The translations under genes were made by a program, and so were the position numbers. A stretch of 64,000 nucleotides of DNA. Origin: Bacilli bacterium (lineage in GTDB: Bacteria > Bacillota_I > Bacilli_A > RFN20 > CAG-449). The stretch is from contig CAAEFC010000030.1 in the NCBI GenBank assembly GCA_900755065.1, positions 5,359-69,358 on the forward strand, written 5' to 3'. Shown here piece by piece: positions 28,755 through 37,477 of this stretch. The notes beneath the pieces were generated by a model. It searched no databases. It was not told where the DNA came from and worked only from the letters and a program-made list of their open reading frames with translations. The number at the start of each line of letters is the position of its first letter. The first letter of the stretch is position 1.

Positions 28755-29690
28755 ATGGAAAATCGTTTTTGCGAATATCAGGGAATCCGTATAGGAAAAG
28801 AACCGGGTCCGGAGGTCTCCGAGCGGGAAATTGACGAGGCAGTGGAACAATTGCTGAACCGGAATTCCGTTTCGGAAAAGGTCGATCGGCCTTCGCGCGT
28901 CGGCGATGTGGTCAACCTCGATTTCGAGGGCTTTTGCGACGGCGTCGCCTTTGAGGGCGGAAAGGGAGAAAACTACGATCTCGAACTGGGGTCGAATACC
29001 TTCATTCCGGGATTTGAAGACCAACTGGTCGGCTGTCTGGAAAATCAGCGCAGGGAAGTCCGGGTGAAATTTCCGGAGAATTATCACGCCGGGAATCTGA
29101 AAGGAAAAGAAGCCGTTTTCAAGTGCCTGATTCACGAGGTGAAAGAAAAGAAACCGGCCGTTCTCGACGACCTTTTCGCCAGAGATCACGGAAGCGAAAA
29201 CGTCGAAGCCCTCAGGCTTTCGATCAAGGAAGAGATCGAAGAGACCAACCGCCAGAAAGCCGTCAATGCGTACTTTGACAAACTCGCGGCTCATCTTCTC
29301 CAACACAGCGCGATCGAAGTTTCCGCCGAAGAAGAAGAGATCAGTTTTCAGAGCGTGAAGGCCTATTACGAGCAGATGGTCGGGCAATACGGCATGAATC
29401 TGGAACAGTACCTGAACGCTGCGGGGAAGTCGATGGAAGAATTCCGGAAGATCATTCGTCCCGAGGTCGTGCGAAACGCGAAACTGACCGCGTTTCTTCT
29501 TCATGTCGCCGATCAGGAGAAACTCGTCTGCACGGACGAGGAAGCCGAAAAAGAACTGAATGGGATCGTCCGGAATTATCATCTCAACGCCGTTCAAAGA
29601 GACGAATTCAAAAAGCGGCACTTCGACGAATTGAAACAGGAGATCACGAAGCGAAAAGCGACGGGATTTTTGGTCAGTCACAATGAATGA
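28755..29690 (+). CDS. Trigger-factor-like protein lacking the N-terminal ribosome-binding domain (FKBP PPIase + C-terminal arm domain)
   Basis: GDVVNLDFEGFCDGVAFEGGKGENYDLELGSNTFIPGFEDQLVG is the trigger-factor PPIase block. Only about 45 aa precede it, so the roughly 110-aa ribosome-docking domain is missing. Start ATG 28755. Confidence 0.6.
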   Translation: MENRFCEYQGIRIGKEPGPEVSEREIDEAVEQLLNRNSVSEKVDRPSRVGDVVNLDFEGFCDGVAFEGGKGENYDLELGSNTFIPGFEDQLVGCLENQRREVRVKFPENYHAGNLKGKEAVFKCLIHEVKEKKPAVLDDLFARDHGSENVEALRLSIKEEIEETNRQKAVNAYFDKLAAHLLQHSAIEVSAEEEEISFQSVKAYYEQMVGQYGMNLEQYLNAAGKSMEEFRKIIRPEVVRNAKLTAFLLHVADQEKLVCTDEEAEKELNGIVRNYHLNAVQRDEFKKRHFDELKQEITKRKATGFLVSHNE

Positions 29691-30456
29691 GCCGAATAAA
29701 AAAATCCGCTTGCAGAAGTATATGGCCGATCTGGGACTCTGTTCCAGAAGAAAGGCCGAAGAATGGATCGCCGAAGGAAAGGTGAAAGTCAACGGCGAAA
29801 CCATCACCGCGATGGGCGTTCTCGTACAAGGAAACGAAACCGTCGAGATCGAAGGATCGGCGAAGAAGGTGAACACCGATCCGGTTACCTTTCTTTTCAA
29901 TAAACCGCTAGGCGTTCTCAGTTCTGCGAAAGACGACCGGGGAAGAAAAACGGTGATCGACTATTTCAATCGGGAAAATTACCGCCTTTATCCGGTCGGA
30001 AGACTGGATTACAACACTTCCGGCGCGCTTTTGGTTTCCAACGACGGCGACCTGACGTATCTGGTTACCCACCCGTCGACGCATTTGAGCAAAACGTATT
30101 GGGTTACGGTGCGGGGACAGGTTTCTTCTTCGGATTTAACTCGCCTGAGGGAAGGAATCCCGTTGGAGGACGGCATGACGGAGAAAGCCGAAGCGGAAAT
30201 CGTTTTTCAAAAGGAGGACGAAACCTCTGTCCGGATGACGATTTACGAGGGAAGAAACCGCCAGATCCGGAGAATGTTTGAATTTCTCGGCTATTCGGTG
30301 AAAAATCTGAACCGAGAATCGGTCGGGTTCCTGACTCTGGACGGCCTTAGACGGGGCGAATACCGGAAACTGAGCGAAAAAGAAATTTCCGAAATTAAAA
30401 GAATCTGCACGGCGAACAAGAAAAACAACCGGATTCCCGACTATAAAAGGAAATAA
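29683..30456 (+). CDS. rluB: Pseudouridine synthase, RsuA/RluB family (S4 domain + catalytic domain)
   Basis: S4 domain (RLQKYMADLGLCSRRKAE) and catalytic motif GRLDYNTSGALL. Confidence 0.85.
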   Translation: MNEPNKKIRLQKYMADLGLCSRRKAEEWIAEGKVKVNGETITAMGVLVQGNETVEIEGSAKKVNTDPVTFLFNKPLGVLSSAKDDRGRKTVIDYFNRENYRLYPVGRLDYNTSGALLVSNDGDLTYLVTHPSTHLSKTYWVTVRGQVSSSDLTRLREGIPLEDGMTEKAEAEIVFQKEDETSVRMTIYEGRNRQIRRMFEFLGYSVKNLNRESVGFLTLDGLRRGEYRKLSEKEISEIKRICTANKKNNRIPDYKRK

Positions 30457-30519
30457 AGAAACCGGGTTCTAATTTTTTACGTGTATTCATACATTCAAAT
30501 GAAGATATCGGGAGGATTT

Positions 30520-31998
30520 ATGGATACATTACAAGTGTTGAGAGATATAGGTCAGAGAAACAACGGTGACGTATACTTAGGTGTCGTGGGACCTGTCAGA
30601 GTAGGAAAATCGAGTTTTATCAAACGGTTCATGGAAGTGGTCGTTCTGGATCAGATTCAGAATGAGGACGATAAAAAGAGGGCGAAAGACGAACTGCCGC
30701 TGTCCGGACAGGGAAAAACGATTACGACGATCGAACCTAAATTCATTCCCGCGAACGCGATCGCCATACCGGTCGACGATGCGCTGAGCGTCAACGTCCG
30801 CATGATCGATTGCGTCGGCTATATCATCGATTCCAGCAACGGCTATCTCGAAGACGGGAAGATGAGAATGGTGAAAACGCCGTGGTTCAGCGACGCGATT
30901 CCTTTCGATGAAGCGGCGAAAATCGGAACGCAGAAAGTCATCAAAGATCATTCGACGCTGGGAATCGTCATCCTTTCGGACGGATCGGTGAACGATTTTA
31001 CACGATTGGATTTCTATTCGGCCGAAAGAAAGGTCCTCGAAGAAGTGCAGAATCAGGGGAAACCTTTCGTCATCGTTTTGAACAGCCGGACGCCTCACAG
31101 CGAACAGACGCTGAAAATCCGCGAAGAACTCGAAGCCACTTATCAGGTTCCGACCGTGACGATGGATGTCGTCAACATGACCAAAGAAGACGCGGCTCAA
31201 CTTCTGAAAGAGGCACTGTATCAATATCCGATTTCCGGCATCGACATTTCTTTGCCGAAATGGGTGGACTCTCTGGACGAAAGCCATTATATCAAAGTTT
31301 CGATCAACGAATCGTTGGAAAAAGCCGTCGACCAGGCGAAGATCGTCAAGGACGTCGACAAGATCAATCAGGTTCTTCTGGAAAACGAGTACCTCAGTGA
31401 GGTCAAGATCACCGGCGTCGATACGGGAACGGGCATCGTTTCGGTTCAACTCAACGTCAAGGAAGACCTTTACGAGGTGGTGCTGGAAGAACTGGTCGGG
31501 TGCAAGATCACCGATAAATCGGAACTGATTCACCTGCTGAGCCAGTATGTCAAAGCCAAAAAAGATTACGACCTGATCGGAAGCGCATTGGAAATGGCCA
31601 ATGCCACCGGATACGGATTCGCTTCCAGCCCGATCGACGAGATCAAAATCGACAAGCCGGAATTAAGCAAGAACGGAAACCGTTACGGGCTGAAAGTCAA
31701 GGCAGCCACTTCCTGTTACCACATCATCAAAGTCGACATCAACACCTGCTTCGAGCCGATTCTGGGCGGGAAAGAGCAGGCAGATTACTTCCTGGATTAT
31801 TTGAACAAGGCTTACGAAAACAGCGAACTGGCGATTCTGGATTGCGAACTGTTCGGAAGAAAATTCAAGGATATTCTTCAAGAATCCATTTCGTCGAAAC
31901 TCAACAATCTGCCGGAACCGATCAAGCAGAAGTTGCAGCAGATCATCAAGATCATTTCCAATAAGGGAAAGGGAAATCTGATCGCGTTCGTCTTTTAA
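30520..31998 (+). CDS. spoIVA: Stage IV sporulation protein A (spore coat morphogenetic ATPase)
   Basis: DVYLGVVGPVRVGKSSFIKRFME...DELPLSGQGKTITTIEPKFIP closely parallels the B. subtilis SpoIVA N-terminus. Length is about 490 aa. GGAGG lies upstream of ATG 30520. Confidence 0.9.
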   Translation: MDTLQVLRDIGQRNNGDVYLGVVGPVRVGKSSFIKRFMEVVVLDQIQNEDDKKRAKDELPLSGQGKTITTIEPKFIPANAIAIPVDDALSVNVRMIDCVGYIIDSSNGYLEDGKMRMVKTPWFSDAIPFDEAAKIGTQKVIKDHSTLGIVILSDGSVNDFTRLDFYSAERKVLEEVQNQGKPFVIVLNSRTPHSEQTLKIREELEATYQVPTVTMDVVNMTKEDAAQLLKEALYQYPISGIDISLPKWVDSLDESHYIKVSINESLEKAVDQAKIVKDVDKINQVLLENEYLSEVKITGVDTGTGIVSVQLNVKEDLYEVVLEELVGCKITDKSELIHLLSQYVKAKKDYDLIGSALEMANATGYGFASSPIDEIKIDKPELSKNGNRYGLKVKAATSCYHIIKVDINTCFEPILGGKEQADYFLDYLNKAYENSELAILDCELFGRKFKDILQESISSKLNNLPEPIKQKLQQIIKIISNKGKGNLIAFVF

Positions 31999-32069
31999 AA
32001 ATCCCGACTCGTTGTTGAAATCGACGCAAGATTGTGTTACTTTATTCCCGTATGGGAGTTTGCGAAACG

Positions 32070-32360
32070 ATGAACAAATCTGAACTGATCGACGAGGTCT
32101 TCAATCAAACGGTCATGCCGAAAAAAGATTGCGTCCGCGCCGTCGACGCGGTGTTCGGGATTATTCTCGCGGAATTGGAAAAGGGAAACAGCGTGAAAAT
32201 CGCGAATTTCGGAACTTTTGAAATCAAACAGGTTCCGGAACGAAAAATCACGGATCTTCGTAGCGGAGAAGTCGTTTCCGTTCCGGCGCAGGAAACGGTT
32301 CGGTTCCGTCCCGCGCGGAAAATCAAAGCGAAAGTCAACGCAAGGTCATCCGGAAGGTGA
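32070..32360 (+). CDS. hup: HU-family DNA-binding protein
   Basis: MNKSELI...FGTFEIKQVPERK...VRFRPARKIK is the canonical HU/IHF fold. spoIVA-hbs adjacency is also seen in Bacillus. Confidence 0.9.
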   Translation: MNKSELIDEVFNQTVMPKKDCVRAVDAVFGIILAELEKGNSVKIANFGTFEIKQVPERKITDLRSGEVVSVPAQETVRFRPARKIKAKVNARSSGR

Positions 32361-32368
32361 CCTTTTTT
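32342..32368 (+). terminator. Rho-independent terminator of hup
   Basis: AAGGTCA-(9-nt loop)-TGACCTT followed by TTTT. The stem overlaps the stop codon. Confidence 0.55.
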
Positions 32369-32426
32369 CTTTGCCCGCCCAAGATTCTTCTTTGACGGGG
32401 AATAGGATATCTTAGGAGGATGTCTT

Positions 32427-32864
32427 ATGGGAAATATAAATCCAGGACCTTTTTACTTCTTTCCGTTTATGCCGATCCACAAGGTCGTGGAAGAGGACAA
32501 GAAAGATGTGGCTTATTACGATGAAATTTATTCACCCGAACTTACCTTATTGCACGGAAACGCGTTCAAAAACGAATACGTAGCCTATAAAAACTACGCG
32601 CCGTCGATTCCTTTCGCCAAGGATCAGCAGGAAAAATTGCTCCGCGATATTCAGATGAACAGCCTTCTGGCGCACGATCTGAAACTTCATCTCGATGTTT
32701 ATCCGAAGGACAGAGCGATTTACGAATTGTTTAAAAAATACGCCGACGAAACGCATCGTCTGGTCAAAGAATATCAGGATAAATTCGATCCGCTTTTCGC
32801 GGGCGGTTCCAAATTCGAGGGAATGTTCACGTGGGTGGGCAATCCGCACGGGGAGAGGTATTGA
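32427..32864 (+). CDS. Spore coat protein, apparent CotJA-CotJB fusion
   Basis: The N-terminal half (FPFMPIHKV...IYSPELTLLHGNAFKNEY) resembles the CotJA motif (YxPxxALxxGTxFPxL). The C-terminal half (LLRDIQMNSLLAHDLKLHLDVYPKDRAIYELFKKYADETHRLVKEYQDKFDPL) resembles CotJB. Lies immediately upstream of cotJC. Confidence 0.55.
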   Translation: MGNINPGPFYFFPFMPIHKVVEEDKKDVAYYDEIYSPELTLLHGNAFKNEYVAYKNYAPSIPFAKDQQEKLLRDIQMNSLLAHDLKLHLDVYPKDRAIYELFKKYADETHRLVKEYQDKFDPLFAGGSKFEGMFTWVGNPHGERY

Positions 32865-32866
32865 TT

Positions 32867-33427
32867 ATGTTTGTTTATGAAAAAAGATATGCTTTTCCGG
32901 TAGAAATCCACCATCGGAATCTGCGCCTCGCCAAGGCTTTGTACGCGCAGTTCGGCGGACCGAACGGAGAACTCGGCGCTTGCCTTCGCTATTTCGCACA
33001 ATCGTTTACCATGCCGGACGAAAGAGGGCGCCGTCTTTTGAAAGATATCGCCACGGAAGAAATGGGACATGTCGAAATGATCTGCGCGATGATCACCAAG
33101 TTGACCGAAGGCGCGAGCGTCAAAGAATTGGAAGACGCCGGTCTTTGCTGCGCCTACGCGATCAACGGAACCGGACTGGGAATCAACGATTGCAACGGCG
33201 TGGCGTTTTCGACCCAGAACATCGGCGTTACGTCGGATTATAAAGCCGACCTCACCGAGGATATGGCGGCGGAAGAGCGGGCGAGAAGCACGTACGAGCA
33301 TCTGATCGACCTGACCGACGATCAGGAGTGCATCGCGATTCTGCTTTTCCTGAGGCAGAGAGAAGTGGTTCACTACAATCGTTTCAAGGAAATGCTCGAA
33401 GTCTACAACAAAGAATTTCAGAAGTAA
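32867..33427 (+). CDS. cotJC: Spore coat protein CotJC (manganese-catalase-like ferritin fold)
   Basis: Di-metal motifs GELGACLRYF and EEMGHVEM. About 186 aa from ATG 32867. Confidence 0.85.
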   Translation: MFVYEKRYAFPVEIHHRNLRLAKALYAQFGGPNGELGACLRYFAQSFTMPDERGRRLLKDIATEEMGHVEMICAMITKLTEGASVKELEDAGLCCAYAINGTGLGINDCNGVAFSTQNIGVTSDYKADLTEDMAAEERARSTYEHLIDLTDDQECIAILLFLRQREVVHYNRFKEMLEVYNKEFQK

Positions 33428-33430
33428 GGG

Positions 33431-35524
33431 TCAGAATTCGTCGAGTTCGCGGATGAATTCTTCGGCGCTCATATCGCTCGGAAGTCTCAGGTCGCTTCTC
33501 GGCGAAAGGCTGACTTCGCTGATTTTCGGTCCGTCCGGCGAACAGGAACGTTTGAATTGATTCGTAAAGAAACGTTTGAGAAAACGGCTCAGCCATTTCT
33601 TGATCGTTTCTTTTGAGTATTGGTCGGAAAAAGCGTTCAAAGCGATGAAGTACACTTTTCTGACGCTCAGCCGGCGATAGACGAAATGGTAAAGAAAGAA
33701 ATCGTTGAGATCGTAAGGCCCGACCGCATCTTCGGTGATCTGCGCGATTCCGCCTTTCTGATCCGGCGGAAGCAGTTCCGGCGAAACCGGCGTTTCGACG
33801 ATGTCGAGCAGATAATCGGCGATATCCGGATATTTTTCCGCTGCTTCCCGTACCATTTGGCGGATCATCGTTTTCGACAGCGAACAATTGACATTGTACA
33901 TCGACATATGATCGCCGTTATACGTCGACCACCCCAAAGCGATTTCGCTTAAATCGCCGGTGCCGACGACGATCCCGCCGATCTGGTTGGCGTAATCCAT
34001 CAGAACCTGCGTGCGCTCGCGAGCCTGTGCGTTTTCATAGGCAACGCCGCGTTCATTCGGATCGATGTTCAGATCGCCGAGATGTTGCATAACGGCCTCG
34101 CGGATATCGATCGAGGTCAGGGAGACTCCCAGTTTTTCGCACATTTTCGTGGCGTTGTCTTTGGTCCTTTTCGTCGTGCCGAAACAAGGCAGGGTCAACG
34201 CATGAATGTGTGTCCGGGGAAGGTTCATTTTATCGAAAGCGCGGACGACGGCGAGCAGGGCGATTGTCGAATCGAGACCTCCGGAAACGCCGATGACCGC
34301 TTCGGTGCAATGAATCCGGGTCAGCCGGTTCATCAGGGCGCAGGCCTGCATCTCGTTGACTTTTTCAAATATCGGTTTCTCCGGAACGGAAAACGGGGCT
34401 TTCGCATATTTCCGCGTTAACGTTGGCGTTTCCAGCGCGCACGCGAAATACAGGATTTTTTTCGAACCGTCGCTTTTCTGGTAGCCGTTGACTCTTCGGG
34501 CGATTAGAATCCGGTCGATATCGATTTCCGACATGGTAATTCCTTCGGAAAACAGGTCGGATTCGTTCAGCATTCCGTCCGGTTCGGAAAGGATGCAGTG
34601 TCCGGAAAAAACCGCATCGGTTCCGGATTCGCTCGGAGAAGAAGAGCAGTACACATAACCGACGAGACTTCGCATCGCGGTTACCCGGACTAAGTCCCGG
34701 CGAATCGACTCCTTGTACAGCGTTTCGTTGCTCGCGGAAAGATTGCAAATGATCGTCGCGCCGAGATCGGAAAGAACGGAGGCGCGTGGACGGTTCACCC
34801 AAAGATCCTCGCAGATTTCCACGCCGATGACTTCGCTCGGGTAGCGCTTGTTCACGAACAGAAGATTGTTCCCGAAAGGATAGATTTTTCCGTTGATCCG
34901 GACGGAGGAAGTTTCTCCCTCGAAACCGTGAAAATACCTTTTTTCGTAAAATTCGTTGTATTCGGGAATATAGGTTTTCGCGACCACGCCGAGGATTTCG
35001 CCTTTGTGCATGCAAATCGCGCAGTTGTAGAGTTTGTTTTCGTAGATCATCGGCGCGCCGAATGCGTAAAAGGCATCGATATTCGCGGTGTTTTTACCGA
35101 TGAAATCGACGGCTTTGTCTATTTTTTGCAAAAGGGCGTCGGATTGAAAGAGATCACCGCAGGTGTACGAAGTCAGACACAGTTCCGGAAAAACGATGAT
35201 CCGGGAACCGTTTGAATAGGCTTCGCGCAATCGGCTCACGATTTCTTCGGCGTTTGCATCTACCTGTCCGATCTGTCCACGCATGGAAACGGCGCTGACC
35301 TTGATAAAGCCCGTCGGATCGTCTTTTTCCCCGAAATCTTCGATCCCGGAGATCTGATCGCCTTGTGCACTCTTTTCGACGGTTCGAGCGTACGTCTCTT
35401 CGGACATGATGACCAGATCGGAATAGCCGTTCTTCGTAATGTGAATCGGCGTTTCGCTTCGGTGGCAGAGGTCCGAAAGTTCGTTCGTCTTTCTCAGATC
35501 GGTGATAGGAATAATTTTTTTCAT
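33431..35524 (-). CDS. nadE: Glutamine-dependent NAD+ synthetase (CN-hydrolase + NAD synthetase domains) with an extra N-terminal Phd/YefM-like domain
   Basis: CN-hydrolase motifs (VFPELCLTSYTCGDLF, CEDLW) and the PP-loop VIGVSGGLDS. The first roughly 55 aa (MKKIIPITDLRKTNELSDLCHRSETPIHITKNGYSDLVIMSEETYARTVE) look like a Phd/YefM antitoxin fold. Confidence 0.85.
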   Translation of the reverse strand: MKKIIPITDLRKTNELSDLCHRSETPIHITKNGYSDLVIMSEETYARTVEKSAQGDQISGIEDFGEKDDPTGFIKVSAVSMRGQIGQVDANAEEIVSRLREAYSNGSRIIVFPELCLTSYTCGDLFQSDALLQKIDKAVDFIGKNTANIDAFYAFGAPMIYENKLYNCAICMHKGEILGVVAKTYIPEYNEFYEKRYFHGFEGETSSVRINGKIYPFGNNLLFVNKRYPSEVIGVEICEDLWVNRPRASVLSDLGATIICNLSASNETLYKESIRRDLVRVTAMRSLVGYVYCSSSPSESGTDAVFSGHCILSEPDGMLNESDLFSEGITMSEIDIDRILIARRVNGYQKSDGSKKILYFACALETPTLTRKYAKAPFSVPEKPIFEKVNEMQACALMNRLTRIHCTEAVIGVSGGLDSTIALLAVVRAFDKMNLPRTHIHALTLPCFGTTKRTKDNATKMCEKLGVSLTSIDIREAVMQHLGDLNIDPNERGVAYENAQARERTQVLMDYANQIGGIVVGTGDLSEIALGWSTYNGDHMSMYNVNCSLSKTMIRQMVREAAEKYPDIADYLLDIVETPVSPELLPPDQKGGIAQITEDAVGPYDLNDFFLYHFVYRRLSVRKVYFIALNAFSDQYSKETIKKWLSRFLKRFFTNQFKRSCSPDGPKISEVSLSPRSDLRLPSDMSAEEFIRELDEF

Positions 35525-35653
35525 ACTGCTTTGTCGCTCCTTGTCATTATTATACCATAATTACGGACGAAGGAAGTGTTTTTCTGAAAATGCGACGACA
35601 TCCTTTTTTCTGCAAAGCGTTTTTTCTATAATGAAGAGGAAAGGAGATCTCTG

Positions 35654-36655
35654 ATGTATCCGGAATGCACGGCGTATGATTTTGAACGGTTTCGCGAGGA
35701 AACGGCGCGGATTTTAAGAAAAAACGAGGCTCGTCTTGTCCTGGATCTTCCGTCGGAAAAGCAAATGCAGGAGGGGATTTTGTATTTTGACCTGAATCGT
35801 TGGAAGGGAAGAGGGAGGTTTTCCGATGAAAACAAGGCGCGGAAGGGCGTGCTGGATTTTCTTTCGGACGTCCGGAATCTTTTCTCCGGGTGCTTTTCTT
35901 TGGCGACGATGGCTTGCAAAGAGGTCGGCGAAAGCGAAAAATACCGACTTTTTTTCCTGAATCCGGAAAGCAAACCGGTGACGGTGCTGAGATCTCATCT
36001 GACGAAAGAAGAAAGCGAGGCGCGGACGGAAATCGAATTGCCCGATGTTTCCGGCTGGATCCGGGAGTATCGGAATCTTCTGAGTACCTCCGCTTGTATT
36101 CCGGCGGATTCGTTTCCCGTTTCGATCGGATTGGTCGTTCTGAACGAAGAAAAAGCGACAGTCGGAAAATATAGCGAGGAGGTCTATGCGCTTCTGAAAG
36201 AAAAATATACCGTCGAAATCCTGCACGCGGCGCGAAACTATCGGGAGGAAGAGAACCGGTGGCTGGAAACCGGTATTCCTTTGATCGTGGAGATCGGGAG
36301 GATCGCTGCGAAAAAGAATCAGGTGATCCTCGTCGGAAGAGAGCAAAGAGAGCCTGTTCCGCTTGAATCTATGATGCATGAGATTGAACGGATTGATCGT
36401 CTGCGCAGGGAAAGTTTTCTCGACGCATCGTTTCGTCGAAACGCCGCTTGGTCGGAAAACAAAACCGAATTTGCGTCGTTACGGCCGGGAAACCGATTTT
36501 GTTGTTGCCTGAACCTAGATTGTCTGAACCGGATCCGAACAGAAAAAGGATTTGAAATTATCGCCCAACCCTTCTCGAATCGTCTGTTTTCGGAAGTGTG
36601 TGTGGTCTGCAAGGGAAAAGCGAAAACCTGTCTTTTCGGCATGGCGAAAAAATGA
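35654..36655 (+). CDS. ProRS-derived protein: class-IIa anticodon-binding + ProRS C-terminal zinc domain, with no recognisable catalytic core
   Basis: ETGIPLIVEIGRIAAKKNQVILVGREQREPVPLESMMHEIERI, then a C-terminus with Cys pairs (CCCLNLDC...VCVVCKGKAKTCLFGMAK), parallels archaeal-type prolyl-tRNA synthetase. The roughly 150-aa N-terminus shows no class-II motifs 1-3. Confidence 0.4.
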   Translation: MYPECTAYDFERFREETARILRKNEARLVLDLPSEKQMQEGILYFDLNRWKGRGRFSDENKARKGVLDFLSDVRNLFSGCFSLATMACKEVGESEKYRLFFLNPESKPVTVLRSHLTKEESEARTEIELPDVSGWIREYRNLLSTSACIPADSFPVSIGLVVLNEEKATVGKYSEEVYALLKEKYTVEILHAARNYREEENRWLETGIPLIVEIGRIAAKKNQVILVGREQREPVPLESMMHEIERIDRLRRESFLDASFRRNAAWSENKTEFASLRPGNRFCCCLNLDCLNRIRTEKGFEIIAQPFSNRLFSEVCVVCKGKAKTCLFGMAKK

Positions 36656-36671
36656 AAAAAGAAAAAAAGAA

Positions 36672-36700
36672 TTGATATCCCCTTTCGGTTATGCTAATAT
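36672..36700 (+). promoter_or_regulatory. SigmaA-type promoter of the tRNA cluster
   Basis: TTGATA, a 17-nt spacer, then TAATAT, ending 13 nt upstream of tRNA-Ser. Confidence 0.55.
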
Positions 36701-36713
36701 GATTGAGCGACAA

Positions 36714-36804
36714 GGAGCAATACCCAAGTTGGTGAAGGGGCGTCCCTGCTAAGGACGTAGATCGGGTAACTGGTGCGAGAGTTCGAGTCTCTCTTGCTCC
36801 GCCA
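36714..36804 (+). tRNA. tRNA-Ser (GCT)
   Basis: Folded by hand: acceptor GGAGCAA/TTGCTCC, anticodon stem CGTCC/GGACG with loop CTGCTAA, long variable arm, T-loop TTCGAGT, encoded CCA. Confidence 0.85.
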
Positions 36805-36807
36805 TCA

Positions 36808-36883
36808 GGACCAGTGGTGTAGTGGCTAACATGTCTCCCTGTCACGGAGAAGATCGCGGGTTCGATCCCCGTCTGGTCCGCCA
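36808..36883 (+). tRNA. tRNA-Asp (GTC)
   Basis: Acceptor GGACCAG/CTGGTCC, anticodon stem TCTCC/GGAGA with loop CTGTCAC, T-loop TTCGATC, encoded CCA. Confidence 0.85.
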
Positions 36884-36887
36884 TTAT

Positions 36888-36961
36888 GCAGGTGTAGTTC
36901 AATGGTAGAACTTTAGCCTTCCAAGCTAACTACGCGGGTTCGATTCCCGTCACCTGCTCCA
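36888..36961 (+). tRNA. tRNA-Gly (TCC)
   Basis: Acceptor GCAGGTG/CACCTGC, anticodon stem TTAGC/GCTAA with loop CTTCCAA, T-loop TTCGATT, encoded CCA. Confidence 0.85.
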
Positions 36962-36974
36962 TTAGAGTTAAGCA

Positions 36975-37004
36975 TAGTCGACACGAAAATATCGGCTATT
37001 TTTT
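36975..37004 (+). terminator. Candidate terminator after the tRNA cluster
   Basis: TAGTCGA-(10-nt loop)-TCGGCTA (7 bp including one G-U pair) followed by TTTTTT. Confidence 0.45.
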
Positions 37005-37477
37005 CTTTATATAGTGGTAAAACGTAAGCGAAAAAGAAGTAAGCGTAAAAGAAAACCAGGCTCGAACTGTAGAACCTCTAGAAATAAAATAATAGCAGGA
37101 GGAAAGAGAAAATGACTCTATCGATACGAACAGCGAATACTGAATATTTGATATTTAATCTTCGTAATAATTCCTTTCTACCTGTGAAGAATGAAGTTAT
37201 TCATCTTGTTCGGTAGATACTCTGGCGTATGCTGCAACTTTCTTTTTAGCGTTTACTAATATTATTTTCAAGTAATTGATCTAGAAGAAGAGAAACAAAC
37301 CTCTATTTGATTTCTCCAACAATTTGATTTTTGATTCATAAATTAAAATCTCATTTAGTCGTGTCTATCTATCACGCTTAAGAGGTTAATTGTCACGGTG
37401 TATAAGAATATTTATCTCTCAATTTCTTTACTATTCTCTCATTTTGATATATAATTTACGAGAAAAAGGTGAAAATT

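Noticed and set aside
36558-36902. 114-aa minus-strand ORF
   Set aside because: It overlaps tRNA-Ser, tRNA-Asp and the 5' end of tRNA-Gly, whose cloverleaves fold cleanly, so it is spurious.
37112-37216. 34-aa ORF (MTLSIRTANTEYLIFNLRNNSFLPVKNEVIHLVR) behind an AGGAGG in the Fic island
   Set aside because: The RBS is good, but no motif, hydrophobic segment or partner supports it. It may be a remnant of a decayed gene, so it is not reported as a feature.
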